The position numbers and the translations under genes were made by a program. The notes beneath the pieces were generated by a model. It saw only the letters and a list, made by a program, of their open reading frames with translations, had not been told where the DNA came from and searched no databases. From the NCBI GenBank assembly GCA_965213685.1, contig CBDBZY010000012.1, positions 76,593 to 140,592 on the forward strand: a DNA stretch of 64,000 nucleotides, written 5' to 3'. Source of the stretch: a bacterium (GTDB lineage: Bacteria > UBA8248). Below, one piece after another: positions 29,193 to 39,358 of the stretch (position 1 is its first letter; each line of letters starts with the position of its first letter).

Positions 29193-30461
29193 TCATGGGG
29201 CGCTCCTCCGGGCGCAGAGCGTCAGCGCGGCGGCGAGATAGACCTGCGCCGCGGTCGCCACGTCCTCGACCCATACGTGCTCGCCCACGGCGTGCATCAT
29301 CCCTTTCTTCCCGGCCTCCGGGTGCATCCGCCCGCCGGGGCCATAGCAGACGCACGGAATGCCGTAGCGATTGAAGTGCGTGGAATCGGACGCGGGCCTC
29401 CGGATGATGGGGGTCGAAGTCTCGCCCGTGATCTCCTCGTGCGCACTCAGTGCCGCCCGCACGAGGGGGGCGCCCTCCTCGAGGCGCGTGGGCGGGTCGT
29501 TCACGCAGAATGAGAGCGCGGGCGGATTCGCGCCATCCGCCGCCTCCCGGAGGACGCCGCGCAACCCGCGCTTGATGTCCTCCGTGCTTTGCCCCGGCAC
29601 GGTGCGGATGTCCAGATACAGGCTGGCCTCGACGGGGTTTCGGGAAAGACGCCAGGGCCAGCCGCCCCGTATGGCGGCTATCGTCACGTTCGGACGCTCT
29701 CCCATGCAACAATGGTTGGATTCGTAATCCTCTATCCACCGCTCGACGGCGGTCTGTATCCTGTGGATGGCGCGCACGGCGTTGGCGACCCCCGGGCGGT
29801 TCGAGAGTGCGCTGTGGCTCATCGTGCCGGTTGCGGTGATCTTCGCCCACACGACGCCCATGTTCGCGTTCGAGACCCGCAGCCCCGTCGGTTCGGCCAG
29901 GATGGCGCCGTCCGCCGTCACGCCGTGGAGAATGAGGTGGCGGGTGCCCGTGCCGTAGCCGGCGAAGGACGCGCCCGAGAACTCATCGACCGGCGCTTTT
30001 TCTATCTCGCCCACCACGCCCGCCATCGAGACGTCCCCGCGCAGGGCGACGCCCTCGCGGCAGATGGCCTCGACGGCCGCCAGCGCGGCCGCCAGCCCGC
30101 TTTTCATGTTGTTGGCGCCGAGGCCCCACACCCAGCCGTCCCGGTGAACCGCCCTGGGCTGAAAGCCCTCGCCCGAGAGATACTCCTCGTCTCCACCGTA
30201 GGAGGTGTCCATGTGGCCGGTGAGCAGGAGGTTCCAGCCATCCCCTGAGCCTTCCCGCACGCCGACGGCGTTCGGCCTGCCGGTGCCGACCTCCTGGAGC
30301 TGCGTCCGCATGCCCGCCCGCGCCATGCGCTCCTCCAGGTAGCGGGCCATCTCCGCCTCCCCGCCCGTGGGACTCGGGATGTTCACCATCTCCGCCAGCG
30401 TCGCGCGCAGGGCGTCCGTGGTGATGTGGCGGGCGCAACGATCAAAATCGGGGTGCGGCAT
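29193..30461 (-). CDS. M20/ArgE-like metallopeptidase/deacylase
   Basis: IPSPTGGE, TGHMDT, GLGANNMKSG, AEPTG, DSTHF, YGPG, MHAVGE. Confidence 0.85.
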   Translation of the reverse strand: MPHPDFDRCARHITTDALRATLAEMVNIPSPTGGEAEMARYLEERMARAGMRTQLQEVGTGRPNAVGVREGSGDGWNLLLTGHMDTSYGGDEEYLSGEGFQPRAVHRDGWVWGLGANNMKSGLAAALAAVEAICREGVALRGDVSMAGVVGEIEKAPVDEFSGASFAGYGTGTRHLILHGVTADGAILAEPTGLRVSNANMGVVWAKITATGTMSHSALSNRPGVANAVRAIHRIQTAVERWIEDYESNHCCMGERPNVTIAAIRGGWPWRLSRNPVEASLYLDIRTVPGQSTEDIKRGLRGVLREAADGANPPALSFCVNDPPTRLEEGAPLVRAALSAHEEITGETSTPIIRRPASDSTHFNRYGIPCVCYGPGGRMHPEAGKKGMMHAVGEHVWVEDVATAAQVYLAAALTLCARRSAP

Positions 30462-30506
30462 CCAACCCTCTCCCGTGCTTCGCGCGTCGGTTGTTTCTAT
30501 CGTATC

Positions 30507-31931
30507 ATGTTGGCGTCGTTTTCCGGTATCTCCGCCTTCCTCGAGGTTCGCATTCTGAGGCGCTCGAAGAGCACGCCCGGGTATGACTACACCCGAGGGT
30601 CGGTCGGCTGGGCGATCACGCGCCTATCGGTTCCCATATGCGGCGAGCGCATCCTGCGCAACCTCGATGGCCTGCTGGAAATATACTGGCTCGGCGTCAT
30701 GGGCCCCCGGTTTCTGGCGGCCGCCTCCCTCGGATTCATCGTCTTGCTGTTCATTCGCTCGATCTCCTTCGGGCTGCGAATCGCCGGCCAGGCGCTCGTG
30801 GCCCAGCGCGTCGGCGCGGACGATGGGGCGGGGGCGGCGATCATGGCGGGCCAGGCCATCTTTCTCGTCGGCGCATTCTCCCTCGCCGCCGCGTTCCTGG
30901 GGTTCTTTCTCGCCCCGTTCCTGATGGGACTGATGACGCGGGAGACGCAGATCGCCGCCCTGGGCGTCGCCTACATCCGCGCGGGGTTCGCGGTTCTGCC
31001 CGCCGTGGAGGGGATGTTCGTCATCGGCCAGATTCTGAGGGGGACGGGCGAGCCCGGCATCACCATCGCGGGCGTCATCGCGTCCACCGCCCTGACGCTC
31101 GTTTTTGTCCCGCTCCTCATGTTCGGCCTGGGGCCGATTCCCGCCCTGGGCATCGTGGGCGCCTTCCTGGGGGTCGGCGTGGGGAGGCTGGGCGGCCTGT
31201 TGACGATGCTCGGCTGCATCGCCAGGGGAAAATCACGGCTCGCGCTGTGCCGGGGGGATTTGCGCCCGCGCCGTGCGCACCTCTCCCGCGTCGTGCGCCT
31301 CGCCTGGCCCGCCATGGCGCAAAATCTGCTGGAGCGCGGCGCCCATGTGCTCATGGTGCGGATGCTCTCGCCATTTGGCGCGGGCGCGCTGGCGGCCTGG
31401 AGCGTCGGCAACCGCGTGACGATGATCGCCCGGATGCCTGGCTTCGGGCTGCAAAGCGCGGTGCGCACGCTGGTGGGGCAGAACCTGGGGGCGGGCAAGC
31501 CCGAGCGCGTGGCGCGCACGGTGTGGCTCGCCGCCGGCGCCCTCCTCGTCGTGATGACGATGGCGAGCCTCGCCCTGTTCGTCTGGGCGGGGGAGGTCGT
31601 CTCGTTTTTCGGGATGGAGGGTGACGCCACGGGCGTCATGGCGCTCAGAATCCTGTGCGCAGGCCTGCTGATGGAGTCCGTTCGCCGGGTGATGGCGGGC
31701 GCGTTCCAGGGCGCCTCCCGCTCGAAACCGCCCATGACGGTGGAGGGGGTCGTTCGCTGGGGCGTCCAGATTCCGGCCGCCTATCTCCTCTCCTTCGTGT
31801 TCGCCACGGGCGCCGGCGGCGTCTGGTGGGCGCTGAGCGGGAGCCAGATTCTCAGCGGCGCGGTGCTGTCCGCATGGTTTTTCCTGTGGATGAGGAGCGG
31901 GGGCGTCTGCGCGTCCCGCACCGGGGCTTGA
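30507..31931 (+). CDS. MATE family efflux transporter
   Basis: About 12 TM segments; VAQRVGA, LRGTGE, LVGQNLGAGKPER. Start codon uncertain (30426-30555). Confidence 0.85.
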   Translation: MLASFSGISAFLEVRILRRSKSTPGYDYTRGSVGWAITRLSVPICGERILRNLDGLLEIYWLGVMGPRFLAAASLGFIVLLFIRSISFGLRIAGQALVAQRVGADDGAGAAIMAGQAIFLVGAFSLAAAFLGFFLAPFLMGLMTRETQIAALGVAYIRAGFAVLPAVEGMFVIGQILRGTGEPGITIAGVIASTALTLVFVPLLMFGLGPIPALGIVGAFLGVGVGRLGGLLTMLGCIARGKSRLALCRGDLRPRRAHLSRVVRLAWPAMAQNLLERGAHVLMVRMLSPFGAGALAAWSVGNRVTMIARMPGFGLQSAVRTLVGQNLGAGKPERVARTVWLAAGALLVVMTMASLALFVWAGEVVSFFGMEGDATGVMALRILCAGLLMESVRRVMAGAFQGASRSKPPMTVEGVVRWGVQIPAAYLLSFVFATGAGGVWWALSGSQILSGAVLSAWFFLWMRSGGVCASRTGA

Positions 31932-32060
31932 AATGAGCGGGAGAACCTCCTTAGGATGTCTGGTCGTTTTCTCGGGAGCCCGGACAGGGGAGCGGTCGAT
32001 GGCGATTTCGGTGGCGGGGTGCTCTTGCGGCGCATCGGGCGGGCCGGGGAGGTCCGCGCC

Positions 32061-32456
32061 GTGAGCCGGGCGCTGGTGGCGGGGTTTGTCCTGGTGGCGG
32101 GCTTCTCCCTCCTCGTGATGCTGACGAGGCGGCCAGCCCCTCCGGAGCGGGCGCGGCCGCCCGCCTCCGAGGACATGGCGCAGGTGAGCCAGGGCAAGGC
32201 GCTGTTCGCGCGCCACTGCATGCGTTGTCACGGGCCGGAAGCCCGGGGCTCGCGGATCGGCCCGCCGCTCGTCCACCGGATTTACGAGCCTTCCCATCAC
32301 TCCGACGCCGCCTTCCACCTCGCGGTGGCGCGCGGGGTGAAGAGCCACCACTGGGAGTTCGGGGACATGGCGCCCGTCCCGGGCGTCAGGCCGGCCGAGG
32401 TGCGGCTGATCGTGAAATACGTGCGCCGGCTGCAGAGGGCGGCCGGAATTTTCTAG
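32061..32456 (+). CDS. Membrane-anchored monoheme cytochrome c
   Basis: N-terminal TM, CMRCH, GPPL, HHWEFGDM; GTG start after GGAGG. Confidence 0.85.
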   Translation: MSRALVAGFVLVAGFSLLVMLTRRPAPPERARPPASEDMAQVSQGKALFARHCMRCHGPEARGSRIGPPLVHRIYEPSHHSDAAFHLAVARGVKSHHWEFGDMAPVPGVRPAEVRLIVKYVRRLQRAAGIF

Positions 32457-32485
32457 GGGCCGTGGAGGCAGGAGGGCGAGACCGG

Positions 32486-33820
32486 ATGGACGAGGCGGAA
32501 GCGCTGCGCGAGCTGAGGACGAAGCGCCTGAGGCGCATGGTCGCCCTGTGCGGGCGGGCGCACCCGTTCTACAAGCGCCGCTTCGCCGAGGCGAACCTGA
32601 TTCCCGAGGCGATACGCGACCTCGACGACCTCGAAAGGCTCCCGCTCACGCGAAAAGAGGATTTCATGGCGGCGCCGGAGGATTTCAGCCTCGACCCCGC
32701 CTGGCTGCCCGAGCTCCCCTTCGAGGAGCGGACGATGTGGAACGTGGCCTACACCACGGGCACCACGAGCGGGCGTCCGTCCCCGTTCTTCAACACCACG
32801 CACGATCAGTATCACATCATGCTCCAGGCGCGGGCCTGCAACGAGGCGGAGGGCCTGCGGGCGGGAGACCTCATAGCGAACCTCTACCCGCTCTCGCCCA
32901 TGCCGCTGGGCGGGTTTCTCTGCTGCGTGCGCTCCGCCGAGGTGATGGGGCTTCCGGTGGTGAGCGCGCTGACGGGCAGTCCCCACCCCGAATATCCCGT
33001 GCGCCGGTCGCTGGATCAGGCCATCGACGTGGCTTCGGAGGCCACGGTCCTCTGGGGGGTGCCGAGCTTCGTCCGCCGGTTTTTGAGGAGGGCGCGCGAG
33101 CGCGGCGTCAGGCTCTCCCGCGCGCGCATGGTGCTCACCACGGGCGAGGCCGTGAGCGACGCCCTGTGCGAGGAGTATATGGAGCATCTTCGGCACTTCG
33201 GGGCGAAGGACCCGCAGGTGCGGGTGCGCTATGCGGCGACGGAGATGCAGGGCGGCCTCGTTCAGTGCGCGAACGGGGCGATGCCGCACAACGTGGTGCC
33301 CGAGCTGTACCTGCTCGAGGTGGTGAACCCCGAGACGGGCCTGCGCGTGGGGGAGGGGGAGGAGGGGGCGATTGCGCTCACGCACCTGCACCGCCGGGGG
33401 ACGGTGCTGCTCCGCTACCTCATCGGGGACGTCATCGCCTTGCGGTGGGAGCGTTGTCCGGATTGCGGGCGGCTGGGCGAGCGCGTAGCGCGCCTCCCGA
33501 GGAGAACGGGCGACTTGCTCAAGGTGCGGGGGATGCTGATGAACCCGGAGATCGCGTTCGACCTTCTGGCGAGAGATCGGGCGATTCGGGAGTTTCAGAT
33601 CCGGATCCGGAAATCAGCGCCCGGCGACGCCGATTCCATGGACGAGATGGTCATTCGCCTGGAAGCCGATGATGCGGAGCGGGGGAGGATCGCCGCCTCC
33701 CTGCCGGCCCGGGTGAGAGAGGCGGTGATGATCCGCCCCGTCCTCGAGTTCGTGGCCCCGGGCGTGATCCACGACCCGATGGAGGACGTGAAGGCGCGCC
33801 GCCTGGTGGATGAGCGCTGA
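32486..33820 (+). CDS. Phenylacetate-CoA ligase (PaaK)-like adenylate-forming enzyme
   Basis: LERLPLTRKED, YTTGTTSGRP, TTGEA, YAATEM, LLRYLIGD, RTGDLLKVRGM. Confidence 0.85.
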   Translation: MDEAEALRELRTKRLRRMVALCGRAHPFYKRRFAEANLIPEAIRDLDDLERLPLTRKEDFMAAPEDFSLDPAWLPELPFEERTMWNVAYTTGTTSGRPSPFFNTTHDQYHIMLQARACNEAEGLRAGDLIANLYPLSPMPLGGFLCCVRSAEVMGLPVVSALTGSPHPEYPVRRSLDQAIDVASEATVLWGVPSFVRRFLRRARERGVRLSRARMVLTTGEAVSDALCEEYMEHLRHFGAKDPQVRVRYAATEMQGGLVQCANGAMPHNVVPELYLLEVVNPETGLRVGEGEEGAIALTHLHRRGTVLLRYLIGDVIALRWERCPDCGRLGERVARLPRRTGDLLKVRGMLMNPEIAFDLLARDRAIREFQIRIRKSAPGDADSMDEMVIRLEADDAERGRIAASLPARVREAVMIRPVLEFVAPGVIHDPMEDVKARRLVDER

Positions 33821-33848
33821 GCCGTCCGCCGCACTCGGCGCTCGCCGG

Positions 33849-34556
33849 CTAGACGCCGAGATACCGCATGCGCGTTTCCTGGTCCTCGAGGAGGTCCGCA
33901 GAAGCCCCCTCCCACTGGATGACGCCTTTCTCTATCAGATAGGCGCGCCTGGTGATGCTGAGCGCCATGCGGAAGTTCTGCTCCACGAGGAGGATGGCGA
34001 TGCCTTTCTTCTGAATCTCCACCAGGACGTTTTCGATGGTTTCCACATAGGCGGGCATCAGACCCTCGGTGGGCTCGTCCACCATGATGAGCCTGGGTTC
34101 GGTGCCGAGGCCCCGCGCCATGGTGAGCATCTGCTGCTCGCCGCCGCTCAGCTGGTTCCCCTTGTTGTTGATGCGCTCCTTGAGGCGCGGGAAGAGGGAG
34201 AAAATCCAGTCGAGGTGGTCGTCGAGATTCCTGGCGCCGTCAATGGGGATGCGGCTGATCTTGAGGTTCTCAAAGACGGTGAGGTTGGTGAACACCTGGC
34301 GGTCCTCGGGAATCCATGAAATCCCCGCGAGCGAGACGGTGTGCGCCTCCGCCTCGGTGATGTCGTTTCCCTCCATCGTGATCCGGCCGCTTCGAGGCGT
34401 CAACAACCCCATGATCGTCTTCATGGTGGTGGATTTGCCCGCCCCGTTCCTCCCGAGAAAGGCCACCGCCTCGCCTTCGCCCACCCGCAGGCTGAGGTCG
34501 TGGAGCACGTGGCTCAGGCCGTAGAACGTGTTGATGGAATCTACCTCTAGCATCAT
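33849..34556 (-). CDS. Branched-chain amino acid-type ABC ATPase (LivF-like)
   Basis: GRNGAGKS, LSGGEQQML, DEPTEGL, LVEQN. Confidence 0.92.
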   Translation of the reverse strand: MMLEVDSINTFYGLSHVLHDLSLRVGEGEAVAFLGRNGAGKSTTMKTIMGLLTPRSGRITMEGNDITEAEAHTVSLAGISWIPEDRQVFTNLTVFENLKISRIPIDGARNLDDHLDWIFSLFPRLKERINNKGNQLSGGEQQMLTMARGLGTEPRLIMVDEPTEGLMPAYVETIENVLVEIQKKGIAILLVEQNFRMALSITRRAYLIEKGVIQWEGASADLLEDQETRMRYLGV

Positions 34557-35287
34557 TCCCTCAGATATACGCGCTGCACCTCGGCGTTCGCGCGCACTTC
34601 CTCGACGGTGCCCTCGGCCAGGAAGCCGCCGTTGTGCAGCACGGTGATTTTGTCCGAAATGCCCAGCACCACATCCATGTCGTGCTCCACGAGCACGACG
34701 GTCAGCGGGTCAACCAGGCTCTTGATGAACGCGCCCGTTTGAATCGTCTCCTCGGGGCTCATGCCCGCGGTGGGCTCGTCGAGCAGGAGCAGCTGGGGGT
34801 CGGTGGCGAGCGCGATCCCGATCTCCAGGTAGCGCTGCTCGCCGTGCGCGAGCGTGCCGGCCAGCTCGCCGCGCTTGCCCGTCATGTTGATGCGCTCGAG
34901 TATCTCGTCCGCTTTCTCGATCAGCCCCTTGTGGCTCCCGATGGCCGACCACAGGTTGAAGGTCGTCTTGCGCGACTGCGCGGCGATGCGGATGTTCTCC
35001 AGCACGCTCAGCTTGGGAAATATGTTGGTGATCTGGTAGGTGCGGGCGATGCCCAGGTGGGAGCGTTCATGCGCGGGCACCTCCGAGACATCCCTCCCAT
35101 CGAAGATCACCTGTCCCGACGTAGGCGCCAGGTCGCCCGCGATCATGTTGAAAAAAGTCGTTTTGCCGGCGCCGTTCGGTCCGATGATGGAGCGCAACTC
35201 GGCGGCTTCGACCGAATAGTCCACGCCGTCGACGGCGACGAGGGCGCCGAAGTGCTTGCTCAGGTTTTTCGTTTCCAGGATGGGCAT
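34553..35287 (-). CDS. Branched-chain amino acid-type ABC ATPase (LivG-like)
   Basis: GPNGAGKT, LLLDEPTAGM, VEHDM. Confidence 0.92.
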   Translation of the reverse strand: MPILETKNLSKHFGALVAVDGVDYSVEAAELRSIIGPNGAGKTTFFNMIAGDLAPTSGQVIFDGRDVSEVPAHERSHLGIARTYQITNIFPKLSVLENIRIAAQSRKTTFNLWSAIGSHKGLIEKADEILERINMTGKRGELAGTLAHGEQRYLEIGIALATDPQLLLLDEPTAGMSPEETIQTGAFIKSLVDPLTVVLVEHDMDVVLGISDKITVLHNGGFLAEGTVEEVRANAEVQRVYLRE

Positions 35288-35299
35288 GGGACGTTTCCG

Positions 35300-36502
35300 C
35301 TATTCTGAGTCGGCGGCCGCATCGGCCGCGCCGGTTTTCGCGAGGTATTTCTTCTCGCGATACTCGAGCGTCATGTTCCGGATGGTGCCCAGAATGCCCG
35401 AGGGCACGAAGAGCACTATCAGCACGAAGATGCCGCCCACCCACGCTTCCCAATACTGGAAGATGGCCAGATATTTTACGAACTCCACGCTCATCAGCTG
35501 TCTCAGGTACCAGTAGATGAACGAGCCCACCGCGGGGCCCAGGAAGGTGCCGGCGCCTCCGAACAGGGTGATGATGACGATTTGCCCCGAGGTGATGAAG
35601 TGGATGTTCTCGATGGGCACGGTCTCGCCGTAGATGATGGCCAGTGCGCCCGCGACTCCCGAGATGGCCCCGCTCATGGTGAATGCGATGAGCCGGACCT
35701 TCGCCACGTCGTAGCCGCAGATGCGCGCGCGGTTTTCGTTCTCCCGGATTGCGCGCAGCACGTGGCCGAACGGCGAGCGCAGCACCTGCCAGATGAGGGC
35801 GATGAACAGGACGCTGACGATGTAGACGAAATAGTAGGTGATGTTGGCGTCCATGATGCCCACGCGCAAGTCGATGGAGCCGAGCCGCATGTTCTCCAGG
35901 CCGCCCAGCCCGTCCGTCCCGCCCGTGAGGTCGTCGAACGTCTGGGCGGAATAGTAGAAGATCATGCTGATCGAGAGGGTGACCATGGCGAAATACACGC
36001 CGCGCTTGGAGCTGCAAATCGTGCCGATGAGCCAGGCGACGAGGGTGGAGACGACGATGCAGGTGAGCAGGGATATCTCCAGGGGCAGCACCCGGAAGGC
36101 GCTGACCATCCAGTCGGGGGCGTAGGTGTCGGGCTTGATCCAGGCGTGCATGATGCCCACGGTGTAGCCGCCCACGCCGAAGAACGCGCAATGGCCCAGG
36201 CTGAGCATCCCGGTGTTGCCGAGCAGGATGTTGAAGGCGATGCCGAACAGCGTGTAGATGAGGATCTGGATCATCAGGGGCGTGCTCGGCACGAAGCCGC
36301 GAATCTCCGCGAGAATCTCGGCCGACGCCTCCCAGTCGTTGTCCTCGAGCCAGATGATGGAGTCGTTGAGCGCGTCGAAGAGCGGGGGGTAGAGCAGGAG
36401 CAGGGCGGCGAGTATCAGCATCCCGTAGTTGTCGAAGATTTCGCTGATCCAGGCCCAGAACTCCCGGGGCGTGAACCTGTTCTTCGGGGCTGCGGTGTCC
36501 AC
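35300..36502 (-). CDS. Branched-chain amino acid-type ABC permease (LivM-like)
   Basis: GNTGMLSLGH, GVYFAMVTL, AIRENE, FGGAGTFLGP. Confidence 0.9.
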   Translation of the reverse strand: MDTAAPKNRFTPREFWAWISEIFDNYGMLILAALLLLYPPLFDALNDSIIWLEDNDWEASAEILAEIRGFVPSTPLMIQILIYTLFGIAFNILLGNTGMLSLGHCAFFGVGGYTVGIMHAWIKPDTYAPDWMVSAFRVLPLEISLLTCIVVSTLVAWLIGTICSSKRGVYFAMVTLSISMIFYYSAQTFDDLTGGTDGLGGLENMRLGSIDLRVGIMDANITYYFVYIVSVLFIALIWQVLRSPFGHVLRAIRENENRARICGYDVAKVRLIAFTMSGAISGVAGALAIIYGETVPIENIHFITSGQIVIITLFGGAGTFLGPAVGSFIYWYLRQLMSVEFVKYLAIFQYWEAWVGGIFVLIVLFVPSGILGTIRNMTLEYREKKYLAKTGAADAAADSE

Positions 36503-36534
36503 GTTAGGAATTTCTCCCGAGACGAATCGGATGC

Positions 36535-37533
36535 TTAGTCAAAGGCGCCTTCCTGGCCGAACAACCCTCTTGGTCTCAGGAGAAGGATTACCGCCATCAC
36601 GAGGAAAAGCAGGATGTCGGACGCTTTTTCCCAGAAATCCGGGCCAATCACCGTGCCCGTCCAGTTTTGCACCACATACTGCGTCCTGCCCACCAGGGGG
36701 GTGAGCGCCCAGAGCTGCCCCAGAATCAGCCCGCCGATCACGGGGCCGATGAAGCTGCCCATGCCGCCGACGACGACGACGATGAAGGTCTGCACCAGAA
36801 TCAGCTCGCCCATCGTGGCGTCCACCGCGAACAGGGGGGCTATCATGACGCCGGAGAATCCCGCCAGGGCGATGCCGAGGCCGAACGTGAGCCGCCATAT
36901 CCGCGACACGTTGATGCCCAGCACCTTCACCATCGTGTTGTTGTTGGTTCCGGCGCGAATCATCATGCCGAGGTTGGTCTTGTAGATGAGCAGCCAGAGC
37001 AGGGCGACGAGGAGGGCTGCGGTGATGACGGTGAAGCTCCTGTAGGCCGAGATGTCGAGCGTGCCCGTCTTGAGGAGGGAGAGCTGGAACATGGGCGGGA
37101 TGTTGAAGGGCTTGCCCGGCCTCCCCCAGATGAAGCGGACGAAGTCGGGCAGGAAAATCGACATGCCGAACATGATCAGGACGCCCGAGAAGCGCTCGTT
37201 CTCCGTGTTGTAGATGTTGCTGATGACGTATTTCTCGAACACCATCCCGATGCCGAACATGACCACCGGCACAAGGGCGAGCGCGATGATGAAGCCCAGG
37301 TTCGGGCCCAGCAGCGGCGCGAACATGAGGTTCGAGATGGTGAACCCCACATACGCTCCCAGCATGTAGAAGGCGCCGTGGCCGAAGTTGATGATGCCCA
37401 TCAGCCCGAAGATGATGGAGAGGCCGAGGGCCAGGAGCACCCAGAAGGAGCCCTGCACCAGACCGAGGAACAGGTGCTGCACGAACTCCGAGAATTCGAT
37501 ACCGCCGCCGCCTGGCAAAACGCGCTCCTTCAA
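36535..37533 (-). CDS. Branched-chain amino acid-type ABC permease (LivH-like)
   Basis: ALGLSIIFGLMGIINFGHG, VVVGGMGS, RPRGLFG; start uncertain. Confidence 0.9.
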   Translation of the reverse strand: MKERVLPGGGGIEFSEFVQHLFLGLVQGSFWVLLALGLSIIFGLMGIINFGHGAFYMLGAYVGFTISNLMFAPLLGPNLGFIIALALVPVVMFGIGMVFEKYVISNIYNTENERFSGVLIMFGMSIFLPDFVRFIWGRPGKPFNIPPMFQLSLLKTGTLDISAYRSFTVITAALLVALLWLLIYKTNLGMMIRAGTNNNTMVKVLGINVSRIWRLTFGLGIALAGFSGVMIAPLFAVDATMGELILVQTFIVVVVGGMGSFIGPVIGGLILGQLWALTPLVGRTQYVVQNWTGTVIGPDFWEKASDILLFLVMAVILLLRPRGLFGQEGAFD

Positions 37534-37607
37534 ACATGAGGGGGGGAAGCGTACGAACCTGATTAAGACGAAAACGGCGGGTTTGTCAAACGCGCCGGGG
37601 CGAGCGG

Positions 37608-37655
37608 GGCCAGGGCGATCGGGAGTCCGCGCCGGATTTTCCGATCGCCCCGGCC
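37608..37655 (-). terminator. Strong intercistronic hairpin downstream of the SBP gene (attenuator or mRNA stabiliser)
   Basis: Minus strand GGCCGGGGCGATCGG-AAAA-TCCG-GCG-CGGA-CTC-CCGATCGCCCTGGCC; no U-tract. Confidence 0.55.
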
Positions 37656-37673
37656 GTCACACTTCAGGAAGCG

Positions 37674-38960
37674 CTACGCCGACCTCTCGCTGGCGGCCTC
37701 CTTGAGGCCTTTCGCCTCGCAGGAGACGGTGTTGCCCTCGCCGGTGGAGGATCCGATGACCTCGATGTGATCGAACTTGTTCTTCATCTCGGCCTTGGAC
37801 TTGCCGCGCATGACGAACACCTCCGAGATGCAGACGTGGTCGCAGGGGCGAATCTGGCACTCTCCCTTGCTGTACTGGAACTTCTTGCCTTCCAGGACGC
37901 GGGCCAGCTTGAAGTGGTCGCGGCGCTTGTAGAGCTTCGTCTCCTTCGCCGTGTCGAGAATCAGGCGCGTGAGGTCGTGGGCGAGCATTCCGTAGCTCGA
38001 GCACGGACGCTTGCGGCGCGCCAGAAACTTCTTGTTGAGCACGTCGGAGGCCGGGTATTTGCTGGCGAGGGAGGGATGCCACATCATCGCCGCGTTGAAT
38101 CCGTCATAGGAGCCGGGGCCGACCGCCTCCGGTATGGTGATCTCGGTCGCGCCGATGACGATCTTCACCTTCTTGTCGAGACCGGCCTCGCGCGCCTGCT
38201 TGACGAAGGCGACCTGCCGCTGTCCCCAGTTCAGCACGTAGAGGACGTCGGGCTTTTCCTTGAGGATTTTCGGGAACGCCGCGGAGAAGTCCATCGAGGT
38301 CGGGAAGGGCACCCAGGAGATGGAGCGGTTCTCGTCCCAGGAGAGGTTGAAGTCCTTCGCCAGCTTCTTGAACGCGGGCACGAACATCTTGGGCCAGATG
38401 TAGTCATCGAAGAGGCAGTGAATCTTCTTGCCGATATTGTTTTTGGCGATGTAGGTGATCGAACTCGCCGCGAGCTGGTATGGCGTGGTGTTCGCCGTGA
38501 AGAACAGCGGCGACATCTTCTTCGCGTTCCCCGGCGTGGCGAGAATGTGCTGGGGATAGTTCGCGTAGATGATCTTGCGCTTGCGGGAGAACTCGTTGAG
38601 CCGGATTTCCTCGGGGCCCACCATGGAGCCGGCGATGAAATCGACCCGGTGGTTGTCGATGAGGTCGAGGGCGTGCGTGGTGGTCTGGTCCCACTTGAAC
38701 TGGTCGTCGCGGAACAGCAGCTTGACCTCGCGCCCGTCCACGCCGCCCTCCTTGTTGACGTCCTCGATGGCGATGCGGACGCCCTCCACCTGGTCGAAGG
38801 CCTCGGTGGAGTAGGGGCCCGTCGTCGGGTGGATGGAGCCCCACTTGATCGGACGCGCGCCGAGACCCTCCTTCAGGAAGGGGGGTGCGGTCTGCGCGGC
38901 GACGATGCCGCCGATGAGTCCGGCGCCTTTCAGGAATTTTCTTCGGTCCAAACGGCTCAT
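37674..38960 (-). CDS. Liv-type ABC substrate-binding protein with Tat signal
   Basis: MSRLDRRKFLKG twin-arginine signal; PTTGPYS, GGVDGREVKLLFRDD, DFSAAFPKILKEKPDV. Confidence 0.9.
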   Translation of the reverse strand: MSRLDRRKFLKGAGLIGGIVAAQTAPPFLKEGLGARPIKWGSIHPTTGPYSTEAFDQVEGVRIAIEDVNKEGGVDGREVKLLFRDDQFKWDQTTTHALDLIDNHRVDFIAGSMVGPEEIRLNEFSRKRKIIYANYPQHILATPGNAKKMSPLFFTANTTPYQLAASSITYIAKNNIGKKIHCLFDDYIWPKMFVPAFKKLAKDFNLSWDENRSISWVPFPTSMDFSAAFPKILKEKPDVLYVLNWGQRQVAFVKQAREAGLDKKVKIVIGATEITIPEAVGPGSYDGFNAAMMWHPSLASKYPASDVLNKKFLARRKRPCSSYGMLAHDLTRLILDTAKETKLYKRRDHFKLARVLEGKKFQYSKGECQIRPCDHVCISEVFVMRGKSKAEMKNKFDHIEVIGSSTGEGNTVSCEAKGLKEAASERSA

Positions 38961-39138
38961 GCGATGTTCCTCCCTGGTGGTGGCTGAATGGCATGAATAC
39001 GGCCTTCGGGCTTCGCTGTTCAGGCTGAATGATGACGCAAAAAAGTTTCCTCTGGCTCTGCTCCAAAAGGGCGCGCGCAGGAAAGCGGGCGCCCGCCTCG
39101 CCGATTCCCGCCCGATTCTAAAAAGATGATCCCGAAAG

Positions 39139-39167
39139 AGCATAAAATTTCGCCAGCCCGATGTCAA
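39139..39167 (-). promoter_or_regulatory. Sigma70 promoter of the first Liv-type operon
   Basis: Minus strand TTGACA-N17-TATGCT. Confidence 0.65.
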
Positions 39168-39358
39168 GGAGCGAAAACGAGGGAGCCGGAAGAGGATATT
39201 CCCCCGGACCGGACGGCGCGCCGCGCGCGAGGGGGAGGGGCAGAGCCGGCGGCGGCCTTATCTTTTTGACACCGGAGAAGGGGTGTGTCTTGTATGACGT
39301 CGGCGTCATGCGGCGGATGCGTTTCCCCGAAACCCCTGTCTCGTAGAGGAGTCATGCG

